64,000 nt of DNA, taken from the NCBI GenBank assembly GCA_963833575.1, contig CAWHXY010000008.1, positions 139,379-203,378 on the forward strand, given 5' to 3'. The translations under genes were made by a program, and so were the position numbers. The notes under the pieces were generated by a model. That model did no database searches, was not told the DNA's origin, and saw nothing but the letters and a program-made list of their open reading frames with translations. This document shows positions 21,350 through 29,277 of this stretch, piece after piece; positions within the stretch are counted from its first letter, which is position 1, and every line of letters starts with the position of its first letter. This DNA is from Candidatus Bathyarchaeota archaeon. GTDB lineage: Archaea > Thermoproteota > Bathyarchaeia > Bathyarchaeales > Bathycorpusculaceae.

Positions 21350-21850
21350 TTAATAATAGTCGAAGAACAATTTTCCTGTGATTTTTCTAGTCGCAGTTTT
21401 AATATCTTCCGCTTTAATGGTTTTTCTTCCAGTCTGCATAGCATAATCGAGTGCTTCTTTAGCAATCTTGACTCCGATTTCTTCAAGTGCTTTTGCAAGT
21501 TCTTTTGCTGCTGCTTCACTTACTCTGTCAGCACCAGCTTTCTTACACAGCCTGTGCATGGGCGCCACAGCTATTTCTAATTCAGTCATAACGACATCTC
21601 CAAGTCCTTTTTTGTTTTTTGTTAACGCAACCCCTGCTATTATTATTTCAAGCTTCGGCGTTTCCATTGGTTTTTCAAGCTTTTTCATTTCTATAGGCGT
21701 TTCAAGCTTTGGTTTTTCAGTTGGCATTTCAAGCTTAGAAACTTCTGTTTTTGGAGCCTTAAGCATCTTTAACTGATTTTTTGATGTTTCGGTATCTTTC
21801 TCGGTTTTTTTCTTGTCGTTAGACAAAGTTAGTCTCCTTGATATAGTCAT
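21350..21850 (-). CDS. archaeal histone variant, possibly with 87-aa N-terminal extension (alternative start 21589)
   Basis: AP..R..KKAGADRVS..A...LEE...IA.EA...GRKTIKAEDI HMf-type fold. Confidence 0.9.
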   Translation of the reverse strand: MTISRRLTLSNDKKKTEKDTETSKNQLKMLKAPKTEVSKLEMPTEKPKLETPIEMKKLEKPMETPKLEIIIAGVALTKNKKGLGDVVMTELEIAVAPMHRLCKKAGADRVSEAAAKELAKALEEIGVKIAKEALDYAMQTGRKTIKAEDIKTATRKITGKLFFDYY

Positions 21851-22054
21851 TAAAATAGATTAATAATATTGTGTTTTGAGTTATCAAGTATTTTCAACTT
21901 TGGTGGGAATCCGATTGACCCAGTCAGGTAGAGATGTCACCGGCAAACTCCATTTTTTTTCTGGCATTTAGTTACTATTTGGAGCTGGTGTATTAGTCCT
22001 GTCTCGAATCTGAGTAGCTTTTAATAGACAGAATAATGCCCTATCATACATAGA

Positions 22055-22396
22055 GTGGAAGACTTGCTGTTTAAACACAAGAGCGTTGTTAAAGTCGACT
22101 TGGCGGATTTAGATGGCGAAAAAGAGAATCTCGCCAATTTCTTGCGTAGCCACTTCAAATTAAATTCATCAATAATTCCTAAAGGCTTAGAACTAAATAT
22201 GGACGATGTTTCGGCTTACTCATTGGCAAGAATGGTTAACAAGTTTGTTTATCACAAGAATCTAAACAGCACACATTGGGTTACAGTGGAAAATAACACG
22301 GTCAAAATCAATAAGTTCAAGGGCACCACTAAGAAAAAAGAAAAACACGAGAAAGGCATGCCCCATCAAAACATTACACAAAGTTGGGGACTATGA
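22055..22396 (+). CDS. ribosomal protein eL22-like protein
   Basis: Pattern VDL..LANFL...LARMVNKFVYHKNL..HWV resembles eL22 by eye. Confidence 0.5.
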   Translation: MEDLLFKHKSVVKVDLADLDGEKENLANFLRSHFKLNSSIIPKGLELNMDDVSAYSLARMVNKFVYHKNLNSTHWVTVENNTVKINKFKGTTKKKEKHEKGMPHQNITQSWGL

Positions 22397-22484
22397 AACG
22401 CTTTTCTTCACTATTGCGTTGTCTTAGGTGTAGATATACCCTCCAAACAGTGAGAACTTCACCCGCATTTCCACTTTCTTAGTT

Positions 22485-22787
22485 CTAAGAAGGGTTCTGT
22501 TTTGTTTCTTTGCTTCTTTGAAGCCTAAAGATAAAGTAGAGATTTACTGCAAGAACAACCCAAAAGAACAGAAATGGCGCATTCAGCACATTTGAATAAG
22601 CGACTGGATAGAAAAACATGTTAGGCGAGTAATGAGGAGAAATAACAATAGGAGACCAAATACTTACAACATTATTGTTGCCCCATTGATTTATAGTGTT
22701 CCAAACGCCATAACTAAAAACAACATAAAGTAAACTCAACAAGAGATTAGCCAAAAGCATTAACTTTAGCTGTTTTGACGTATGCAC
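22485..22787 (-). CDS. small 2-TM protein ending RSKETKQNPS
   Basis: two TM helices; 3' end shared with 18069..18311. Confidence 0.7.
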   Translation of the reverse strand: MHTSKQLKLMLLANLLLSLLYVVFSYGVWNTINQWGNNNVVSIWSPIVISPHYSPNMFFYPVAYSNVLNAPFLFFWVVLAVNLYFIFRLQRSKETKQNPS

Positions 22788-22984
22788 TCAACATAGGCAA
22801 TTGTTTTGACCTTGCTTAAAAGATTTTTTAAATCAAGCGTATAGGAGACTGTACATCCAAGCGTGAGAAATGCATGCTTTGGAAGCAATTGGTTGTCCAG
22901 AAAACTGGACTAAACTTTCTTAGAGTTATTTTTTGGTCTACAAAAGAGGGATTAAATAACTTGGATACATGACAACTTTGAGGC

Positions 22985-23842
22985 ATGGCAAACGTGGAAG
23001 ACCAAAGTCAGGTTGAACGTGACAAGCAACAGGCTGAAATATTTGATGCATTAGGACATCCAACACGTATACAAATACTAAAAGTTCTAAGAGAAGGAGC
23101 AGTTGGTTTTGCAGAATTGAAGAAGAAAACAGCCATTGAAAGTAGTGGACACCTACAGCACCACTTAACCAAACTCAATGGATTGATAAAGACCGATGAA
23201 TATGGCAAATACTGTTTATCCGATGAAGGAAAAGATGCGTTGCTTACCGTTCAAGCAGTAGAGAATGCATCGCAAAAAGACGAAACAAAAGAGAAGGTGA
23301 ATAGACGATATTTTGGCAAAAGATTAAGCTTAAAACCAGTTGCCATTATACTCATGACTCTATTAATTGCAAGTACAGCAGTTGCAATATATGAATACAA
23401 TCAAATAGTACTTCTTAACAACAGAATTAATGATTCGAACAATGGATTAGTCCTGAACAATGCAGGTTATTTGCCGGGGTCTAAACTATACGTCATTTCA
23501 GCAAACGCCAGTTATGAAACAATTAATGGAAAAGGATGTTTTGTAGTTGATGCCACTGTGAGAAATGACTACACTTCCCAAGAACCACCACCGATGGATA
23601 ATTCGGGCATTAACAGTACAGGAACAGCTTATTTCGGCTTAACCGCTATAATGTACGAAGGACACAAGGTAATCTCTTCAGAAGATATAACTAGTGTCGG
23701 TTCTTCACCATTAGGAGTACCTCAGAATAGCTTAGAAAGCGGTCAAACTGACGTAATCCAAATTGATATGGCAACGTCAGACCATACCATAGATAGCTAT
23801 TCAATATTCCTCATTGCGATTGCAGGGTACCCAATCCCATAG
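22985..23842 (+). CDS. ArsR-type wHTH + TM + extracytoplasmic domain protein
   Basis: FDALGHPTRIQIL, LQHHLTKL, Y.LS.EG; single TM about aa 120-135. Confidence 0.8.
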   Translation: MANVEDQSQVERDKQQAEIFDALGHPTRIQILKVLREGAVGFAELKKKTAIESSGHLQHHLTKLNGLIKTDEYGKYCLSDEGKDALLTVQAVENASQKDETKEKVNRRYFGKRLSLKPVAIILMTLLIASTAVAIYEYNQIVLLNNRINDSNNGLVLNNAGYLPGSKLYVISANASYETINGKGCFVVDATVRNDYTSQEPPPMDNSGINSTGTAYFGLTAIMYEGHKVISSEDITSVGSSPLGVPQNSLESGQTDVIQIDMATSDHTIDSYSIFLIAIAGYPIP

Positions 23843-23902
23843 TAAATGGGAGAAATGGATAAAAATAAAGACTTCTCGCAATAGTTTCTTGACTAAAACT
23901 AA

Positions 23903-24604
23903 TCAAACTTTCTTGACTGAAATTAGTTCCTTACTATTCTGATTTCTTTTTCTAACTGTTATCAAGTATCCTGTTCCAAAAGCTACTATTAACGCGCCGA
24001 TTATCAGTAAATATGTGATAGTTGTGTTCCAAGCTGCTCGTAAACTGAAATAGTAATCTGGAGGATAATAATTGAGGCTTGTTGCTAAATTTATAGCCAA
24101 TATGGATAGCCCAAGTAGCATTATAGTTGCTCCTCCAATTATTATGATATAACCAACTTTACTTCTAACTTTTGATCCGGCAATTATTCCAGAGATAATA
24201 AAAAACACACCAGCCATCAAAAAAGAGAAGAAACTAAGTGCCCAATATGTTTGAAAATCGCTCCAACCTATTCCGAATTCACGTGTGCCTATTAGTGCTA
24301 CAGCCAATTTGTACGCTTCAATATTGATTAAGGTGAACCCAACAGTTATTGATGCGTAACTCCATTTGTTTCTGATATTTCTTAAATAAACTGTTCCTAT
24401 AACTACAAAAAATGCTCCAGCTATAAGACAGAAAGAAATAATCGGAACGGCAAATTCGTAAAAAGCAGTATAATTGAGATAATTACTATTGTTGATTTGC
24501 AATTCAAGCAAGAACGTAGCTATTGCAAAAAAAACCAGTAAAAAGCCTGTAACTGAAGACACGTAACCCCATTTATTTCTAACCTTCATTTCCATGGTTT
24601 CCAT
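23903..24604 (-). CDS. 6-TM membrane protein with internal repeats
   Basis: repeated (V/I)RNKW(G/S)Y / VRSKVGY units. Confidence 0.75.
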   Translation of the reverse strand: METMEMKVRNKWGYVSSVTGFLLVFFAIATFLLELQINNSNYLNYTAFYEFAVPIISFCLIAGAFFVVIGTVYLRNIRNKWSYASITVGFTLINIEAYKLAVALIGTREFGIGWSDFQTYWALSFFSFLMAGVFFIISGIIAGSKVRSKVGYIIIIGGATIMLLGLSILAINLATSLNYYPPDYYFSLRAAWNTTITYLLIIGALIVAFGTGYLITVRKRNQNSKELISVKKV

Positions 24605-24719
24605 GCTTATATTAGGAAACTATAGGCGATAAAAGGCTGCTCATAAAACTCTCTTGACTGAAATTAGTCAAAGTTTCTTGACTTAGCTTATTTACGCTTG
24701 GAGTGCTCCCTACAGGAAG

Positions 24720-24992
24720 TTAATGATAATATTTCCATAAAAATAGAATAGTTCCAATTATTCCGCCTATAAAAGAGAAAATGCCAAAAATTATGATGGA
24801 AGTACCAGCCCAATATGCTGGTGTGATTCCGTTTCTCATGGGACCAAACATTGAATTAAACATCGAGTTATTGGGCTGTGTGTACGTATAGCCAAAAAGA
24901 GCAATAACCGAGGAGCCAACGATAAACGAGAAAAACCCTGTAGCAACAGCCATTAAACTAATAGTGCGAAGTCTGCCCTGCTTCAATTCCAT
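24720..24992 (-). CDS. small 2-TM membrane protein
   Basis: two hydrophobic helices. Confidence 0.65.
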   Translation of the reverse strand: MELKQGRLRTISLMAVATGFFSFIVGSSVIALFGYTYTQPNNSMFNSMFGPMRNGITPAYWAGTSIIIFGIFSFIGGIIGTILFLWKYYH

Positions 24993-25175
24993 TTTTCGCC
25001 TTCAGCGATTGAGATGATAGAACTATTTGTGGCTTAAATGGGCATCTGAGAATCCATAGGCATAGCAAGTAGGGGAACGCATTGAACCAACATCGAAGTG
25101 AAGACATCACCCGCATTTCAATTTTTGTTTGATTTTTGCCTGAATTTGGAAATTTAGTACATTTTTTTTTCAAAT

Positions 25176-25430
25176 TTACCATATTTTAGGCTTAATCCTT
25201 TTTGTCAAACGAATCATGTATCTTTTCTTATCGACATTTTTTATGCGGCTGTCAATTAGTCCTTGTTTTTTTGCTTCTTCTATAACTTGGTCAAATGAAA
25301 CGGGCTGAGGATTTTCTGTTTTTTTGTTTGTTATAATTATCCAGATTTCGTGATATCTATTTTTGTTTTCTTCAAGAAACTCTCTAAGCGCTGTCAACCT
25401 TTTGGGTTCAAAAGTCACTGATTCAGCCAA
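25176..25430 (-). CDS. YdeI/OmpD-associated-like N-terminal domain protein
   Basis: LREFLEEN..EIWI...S....EEA..GLIDS.......Y..RLT.R. Confidence 0.6.
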   Translation of the reverse strand: MAESVTFEPKRLTALREFLEENKNRYHEIWIIITNKKTENPQPVSFDQVIEEAKKQGLIDSRIKNVDKKRYMIRLTKRIKPKIW

Positions 25431-25553
25431 GATTTAACACTTCCATTTTTTACGGGCTGTTTGTCTCCCATGTAACCTAACACTTAACCTCATTGCTGAG
25501 CGTTGCTTTTAGCTTGGCTAAGTTCTCTCGGCATGGGATTTTTTAGCGCCCGC

Positions 25554-25666
25554 GTCTCACCTGTTCCATAATTGGGTAGAACCCAAATCGTCATAGGCGC
25601 AAGATTTGTGTTTCTTACGTTCCCTCTGTTGAGTCCGTCGTTATGGGTGCTCAATATCGGTGAGAC
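25554..25666 (+). ncRNA. candidate multibranch structured RNA
   Basis: closing stem GTCTCACC/GGTGAGAC with three internal hairpins. Confidence 0.35.
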
Positions 25667-25715
25667 AATAAGAGAAGGTGAAGGGGTGAATTTATTTACT
25701 TTCTTTCTTGCAAGG

Positions 25716-27191
25716 TTAAGTTGAAGGGCCAGAATTGGTTTTTGACATTTTGGGCTGGATTGGCTCTTTTTTCTTGCGTTTTGCAACAGTTGAAATGGCG
25801 GCAACTATTGCTATGACTATTACAACGATAATAACGGCTAGAATCATGTGTTCGTTTGAAATGCCGACTAAGACCGAAGCACTTGTTGTTTGTGTCCACC
25901 ACTGGTTCACTGAAGATGAATTGAGAGGTGATACATCATTTTGCAGGTCTATCTTGGTAAAACCACCCTGCTGCCCAGCTGGAAGCGTAAGAACCTGATT
26001 TGTTTGTACAGTTATGGTGTTATTTGTGATTGGATCGATGAAAACCACCGGTCCATCGATAACCTGAACCGCCGTCTCTGAACTCGAAACATTCACCGTA
26101 TACTCTGTGTTTTCTCCCGCAAGTTCTCCCTGCGGTACGACTACAAGGTGCGACACTGTTTCTTTTACGTATGCGATTCCATTTGGTATTAGGAAAGCGC
26201 CTCCCTCGACAACAAGAGCAACTGCTGCCGCTGGCAAAATTGCTTCGCTAAAAACCGCAACTGCTATTGTCGCGTCTATTGGCATCGAAATTAGCATATC
26301 TTTAAACTCGCTGTAACCGTTTGGGAAAATAGTGCCTGTCGACACTGGCGGATAAACTAAATATGCGATCTGATTATCTGGGGCAGGTTCGGAAGTAAGA
26401 GATACCCACCCTGCATCGCTGTTTGCTCCTAAGTACACGGTTCCTCCTTGATTAGGCGAGTTAAAACCGATAATTCCATTGTCGCCTGTCAGAATTTCAG
26501 TTCCAGTGGGTATTTGACCTGAAGACAAAGTCGTATTTCCATTTGCTGTTTTGGAGTATGCTGACTCTTTAATTGATCCAATGTTACCGTAAAAGCGGCT
26601 GGCCAATGGCTGACCTGTCGTTGTTGGAGAAGAAGTAGGAGTCAGGGTTGGCGCTGAAGTTGTTGAGCTAGTTCGGGTAACGACTATGCCGTTTTGATCT
26701 GTTGTTTCAGAGGTTCCAGTTAGGGTTGCCGTTATGATGTCAGTTGTGAAGGTTCCAACTAAGTGTTCCTGAATCTGGCTTGCTTGCTCATCAACCGAGA
26801 AGCTTTAGCTTGAAACAGTTCCTGTAAACTCAATAGAGTCACCACCCGCAGGCGGAACGCCAGATATGCCGTACGTTTGCCAGTATGTGTTGTCAGTAAC
26901 CCATTTTGAGGGATTAAAATAAAGAATAATTGTAATTTGACTGCCTTGTTGAGTTATGTCCATTGCAAACGTGGCAGTTACATCATTCATTCGAGCGCTT
27001 GAATCGGAAGGATCCATGTCATAATAAGTACCAGAGACTGAGCTACTCCATGTTCCACTTAGATCTCTAGCGGGCGTGAGCTGAGCAAACAGGGGAGTTA
27101 CCTCAATCGAAAATAATAATAAAGCACAAATTGATAGGGTCGCTATTTTAGTAGAATTAAAGAATGATTTAGAAATTCTATTTTTTTGCAT
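25716..27191 (-). pseudogene. exported FecR-like/S-T-rich membrane-anchored protein with in-frame TAA at 26805-26807
   Basis: ORFs 26805..27191 and 25716..26606 are in one frame, joined by 66 stop-free codons. Confidence 0.8.
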
Positions 27192-27418
27192 GTAATTCCA
27201 GCTATAGCCCTAATAATGTTTTTCAGATGTTTGCTGGTGCGAATAAATAACTTATGAATTATGAAGCAGTCTTACCCAAACTGAAGACCAATCAAGGAAA
27301 ATCGAATTTGCTTTCTTTCCGTAAAAGAAGTACCCATCCCGTTTTATGAGGTTCAAACGTCCATCCACGGGTAAAGATTTAAGTGGGACAATTATGATTT
27401 ATGTGCAAGGTAATTTAA

Positions 27419-27580
27419 ATGCCAACTCACGGAAGTTTATCTAAAGCTGGAAAAGTAAGGTCTCAAACGCCTAAAATCCAAGGGACGCCAAAAACAGCGC
27501 CAAGCCCAAAAACCCGAAACAGACGCAATTATGAGAAACGGACGATTCTGCAAAGGAAAGCCGGCCAAAACTGGATGTAA
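27419..27580 (+). CDS. rps30e: 30S ribosomal protein eS30 (53 aa, below ORF-track cutoff)
   Basis: [20 protein letters not shown]...RNRRNYEKR. Confidence 0.95.
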   Translation: MPTHGSLSKAGKVRSQTPKIQGTPKTAPSPKTRNRRNYEKRTILQRKAGQNWM

Positions 27581-27664
27581 GCGAAGAAGCAAAACTTGTT
27601 TTTTCAATCCCTCACTTCTCTTCGACGTTCGTGTTGTTTATTTATCACTTAACTAGATCTTATT

Positions 27665-29275
27665 TTGGTATATTCGACATTGACAGATAAAAAAGCGCTT
27701 AGAGAAATCATAACCACGCTTATGGAAATGCCTAATCCCACGCGTGAGGATGCTAATCGGCTAAAAATAAAAACTACAGGCAAATACCAACTTGAAGAGA
27801 TTCCTTCAAACGCCGATTTAATTTGTCTTCTAACCGCAAAAGAAACAAAACGGCTCTTGCCTATTTTGAGAAGAAAAACTACCCGAGGCATTTCGGGCGT
27901 AACAGTTATCGCTACCATGACTAAACCTTATCCGTGCCCACAGCCTGAACCATGCGCTTATTGCCCAGGCGGACCAACCCAAGGCTCTCCGCAAAGCTAC
28001 ACAGGACATGAACCAGCAGCCATGCGTGGAAGCCAAAACAACTTTGACCCCTACCAGCAAGTCATGAGCCGAATTGAACAACTCACAGCCATCGGGCACA
28101 AAGTAGACAAAATAGAATTAATCATCATGGGTGGAACATTCCCAGCTACACCCACGGAATATCAAACTTGGTTTATCCAGCGCTGCCTTGACGCGATAAC
28201 ATGCAAAACGTCAGCAAGTTTGGAGGAGGCGAAGGCAAACGCTGAAGTGAGCAAAACCCGCAATGTCGGCATAACTGTGGAGACGCGTCCTGACTGGGCA
28301 AAGCAACCCCACGTTGACGCGATGCTTGACATGGGAGTTACGCGAATTGAGCTTGGCGTCCAAAACCCAGATGATGAAATTTACCGTTTAGTCGGAAGGA
28401 CACACACTGTAGCCGATGTGATCGATGCAACGCGTATAGCCAAGGACGCTGGACTGAAAATTGGTTATCACTTAATGCCTGGAATGCCCGGGTCTAACCC
28501 CAAAAAAGACATTATAGCATTTAAAAAAGTCTTTACTGATTCAACTTTCAAACCTGACATGATAAAAATTTACCCGTGCCTTTGCATAGCCGGTACGAAA
28601 GCAAACGAATGGTATCAACAAGGTAGCTACGAGCCCTACACAACAGAACAAGCTTCAGAAGTAATAGCTGAAATCAAAAAATTCATCCCGCCATGGATAA
28701 GAGTAATGCGTGTTCAACGCGATATTCCGTCACGCCTTATTTTGGCTGGAGTTAAGAAAAGCAATCTTCGTCAACTTGCTAATGACGAACTTCATCAGCA
28801 AGGAGGCAAATGTCAATGCATCCGGTGTAGAGAGGTTGGACATAGACTGGCAGTTGACCATATGAAACCGGACTTGGAAAAAGTCAAAATCCAATCCCTC
28901 ATCTACGAGGCTTCAGAAGGCAAAGAAGTCTTCATTTCCGTGGAAGATTTTGAAAACAAAATTCTCTTAGGCTACTTACGCATGCGCGTTCCATCCCCAA
29001 AGGCTCACAGACCAGAAATCACTGAGACCCCCTCAGCGATTGTTCGGGAGCTTCACGTTTATGGTCCACTTGTTCCAGTTGGAAAGCATGCGGCAGGCGC
29101 TTGGCAACATAAAGGGTTTGGCGCAGAATTGCTAAAGGAAGCTGAACGCATGGCACGAGAAGATTTTGGTTTGAAAAAGCTTTTAGTCATAAGTGCATTA
29201 GGAACAAGAAGATATTACAGGCGTTTCGGGTACGAACGCGACGGAGTTTACGTTTCCAAAAAACTGGAGAATTAA
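27665..29275 (+). CDS. elp3: tRNA uridine(34) carboxymethylation radical SAM/GNAT enzyme Elp3
   Basis: CP.P.PCAYCPGG, ETRPD, CIRCRE, RELHVYG, QHKGFG. Confidence 0.95.
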   Translation: MVYSTLTDKKALREIITTLMEMPNPTREDANRLKIKTTGKYQLEEIPSNADLICLLTAKETKRLLPILRRKTTRGISGVTVIATMTKPYPCPQPEPCAYCPGGPTQGSPQSYTGHEPAAMRGSQNNFDPYQQVMSRIEQLTAIGHKVDKIELIIMGGTFPATPTEYQTWFIQRCLDAITCKTSASLEEAKANAEVSKTRNVGITVETRPDWAKQPHVDAMLDMGVTRIELGVQNPDDEIYRLVGRTHTVADVIDATRIAKDAGLKIGYHLMPGMPGSNPKKDIIAFKKVFTDSTFKPDMIKIYPCLCIAGTKANEWYQQGSYEPYTTEQASEVIAEIKKFIPPWIRVMRVQRDIPSRLILAGVKKSNLRQLANDELHQQGGKCQCIRCREVGHRLAVDHMKPDLEKVKIQSLIYEASEGKEVFISVEDFENKILLGYLRMRVPSPKAHRPEITETPSAIVRELHVYGPLVPVGKHAAGAWQHKGFGAELLKEAERMAREDFGLKKLLVISALGTRRYYRRFGYERDGVYVSKKLEN

Positions 29276-29277
29276 GC

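Larger units (their letters stand above)
17069..25119 (+). repeat. dispersed direct-repeat family, about one copy per intergenic gap (11 copies)
   Basis: Long type GGGG-N6-TTGAACC..GTGGAGACATCAC..GCATTTCCC at 18007, 19910, 20587, 21306, 21905, 22427, 25072; short type GGAGAC.RTAC.TCCAA.CGTGRGAAA at 17069, 18461, 19114, 22844. Confidence 0.85.

Noticed and set aside
17069-25119. Array repeats as CRISPR
   Set aside because: Spacing is gene-sized and irregular, copies are degenerate, no cas genes
18007-25119. Repeats as tRNA fragments (GGGTTCAA..CCC on minus strand resembles a T-arm)
   Set aside because: Loop too long, no acceptor, D or anticodon arms
18007-25119. Repeats as canonical attC or ORB origin boxes
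   Set aside because: No RYYYAAC..GTTRRRY hairpin by eye; spacing differs from TTCCAnTGGAA and no cdc6/orc1 nearby
25490-25902. ORFs 25490..25804 and 25696..25902
   Set aside because: Overlap the real gene 3' end out of frame; no motifs
17740-26807. Recoding of in-frame stops (Sec/Pyl)
   Set aside because: Both are TAA, which ends many normal genes in this window
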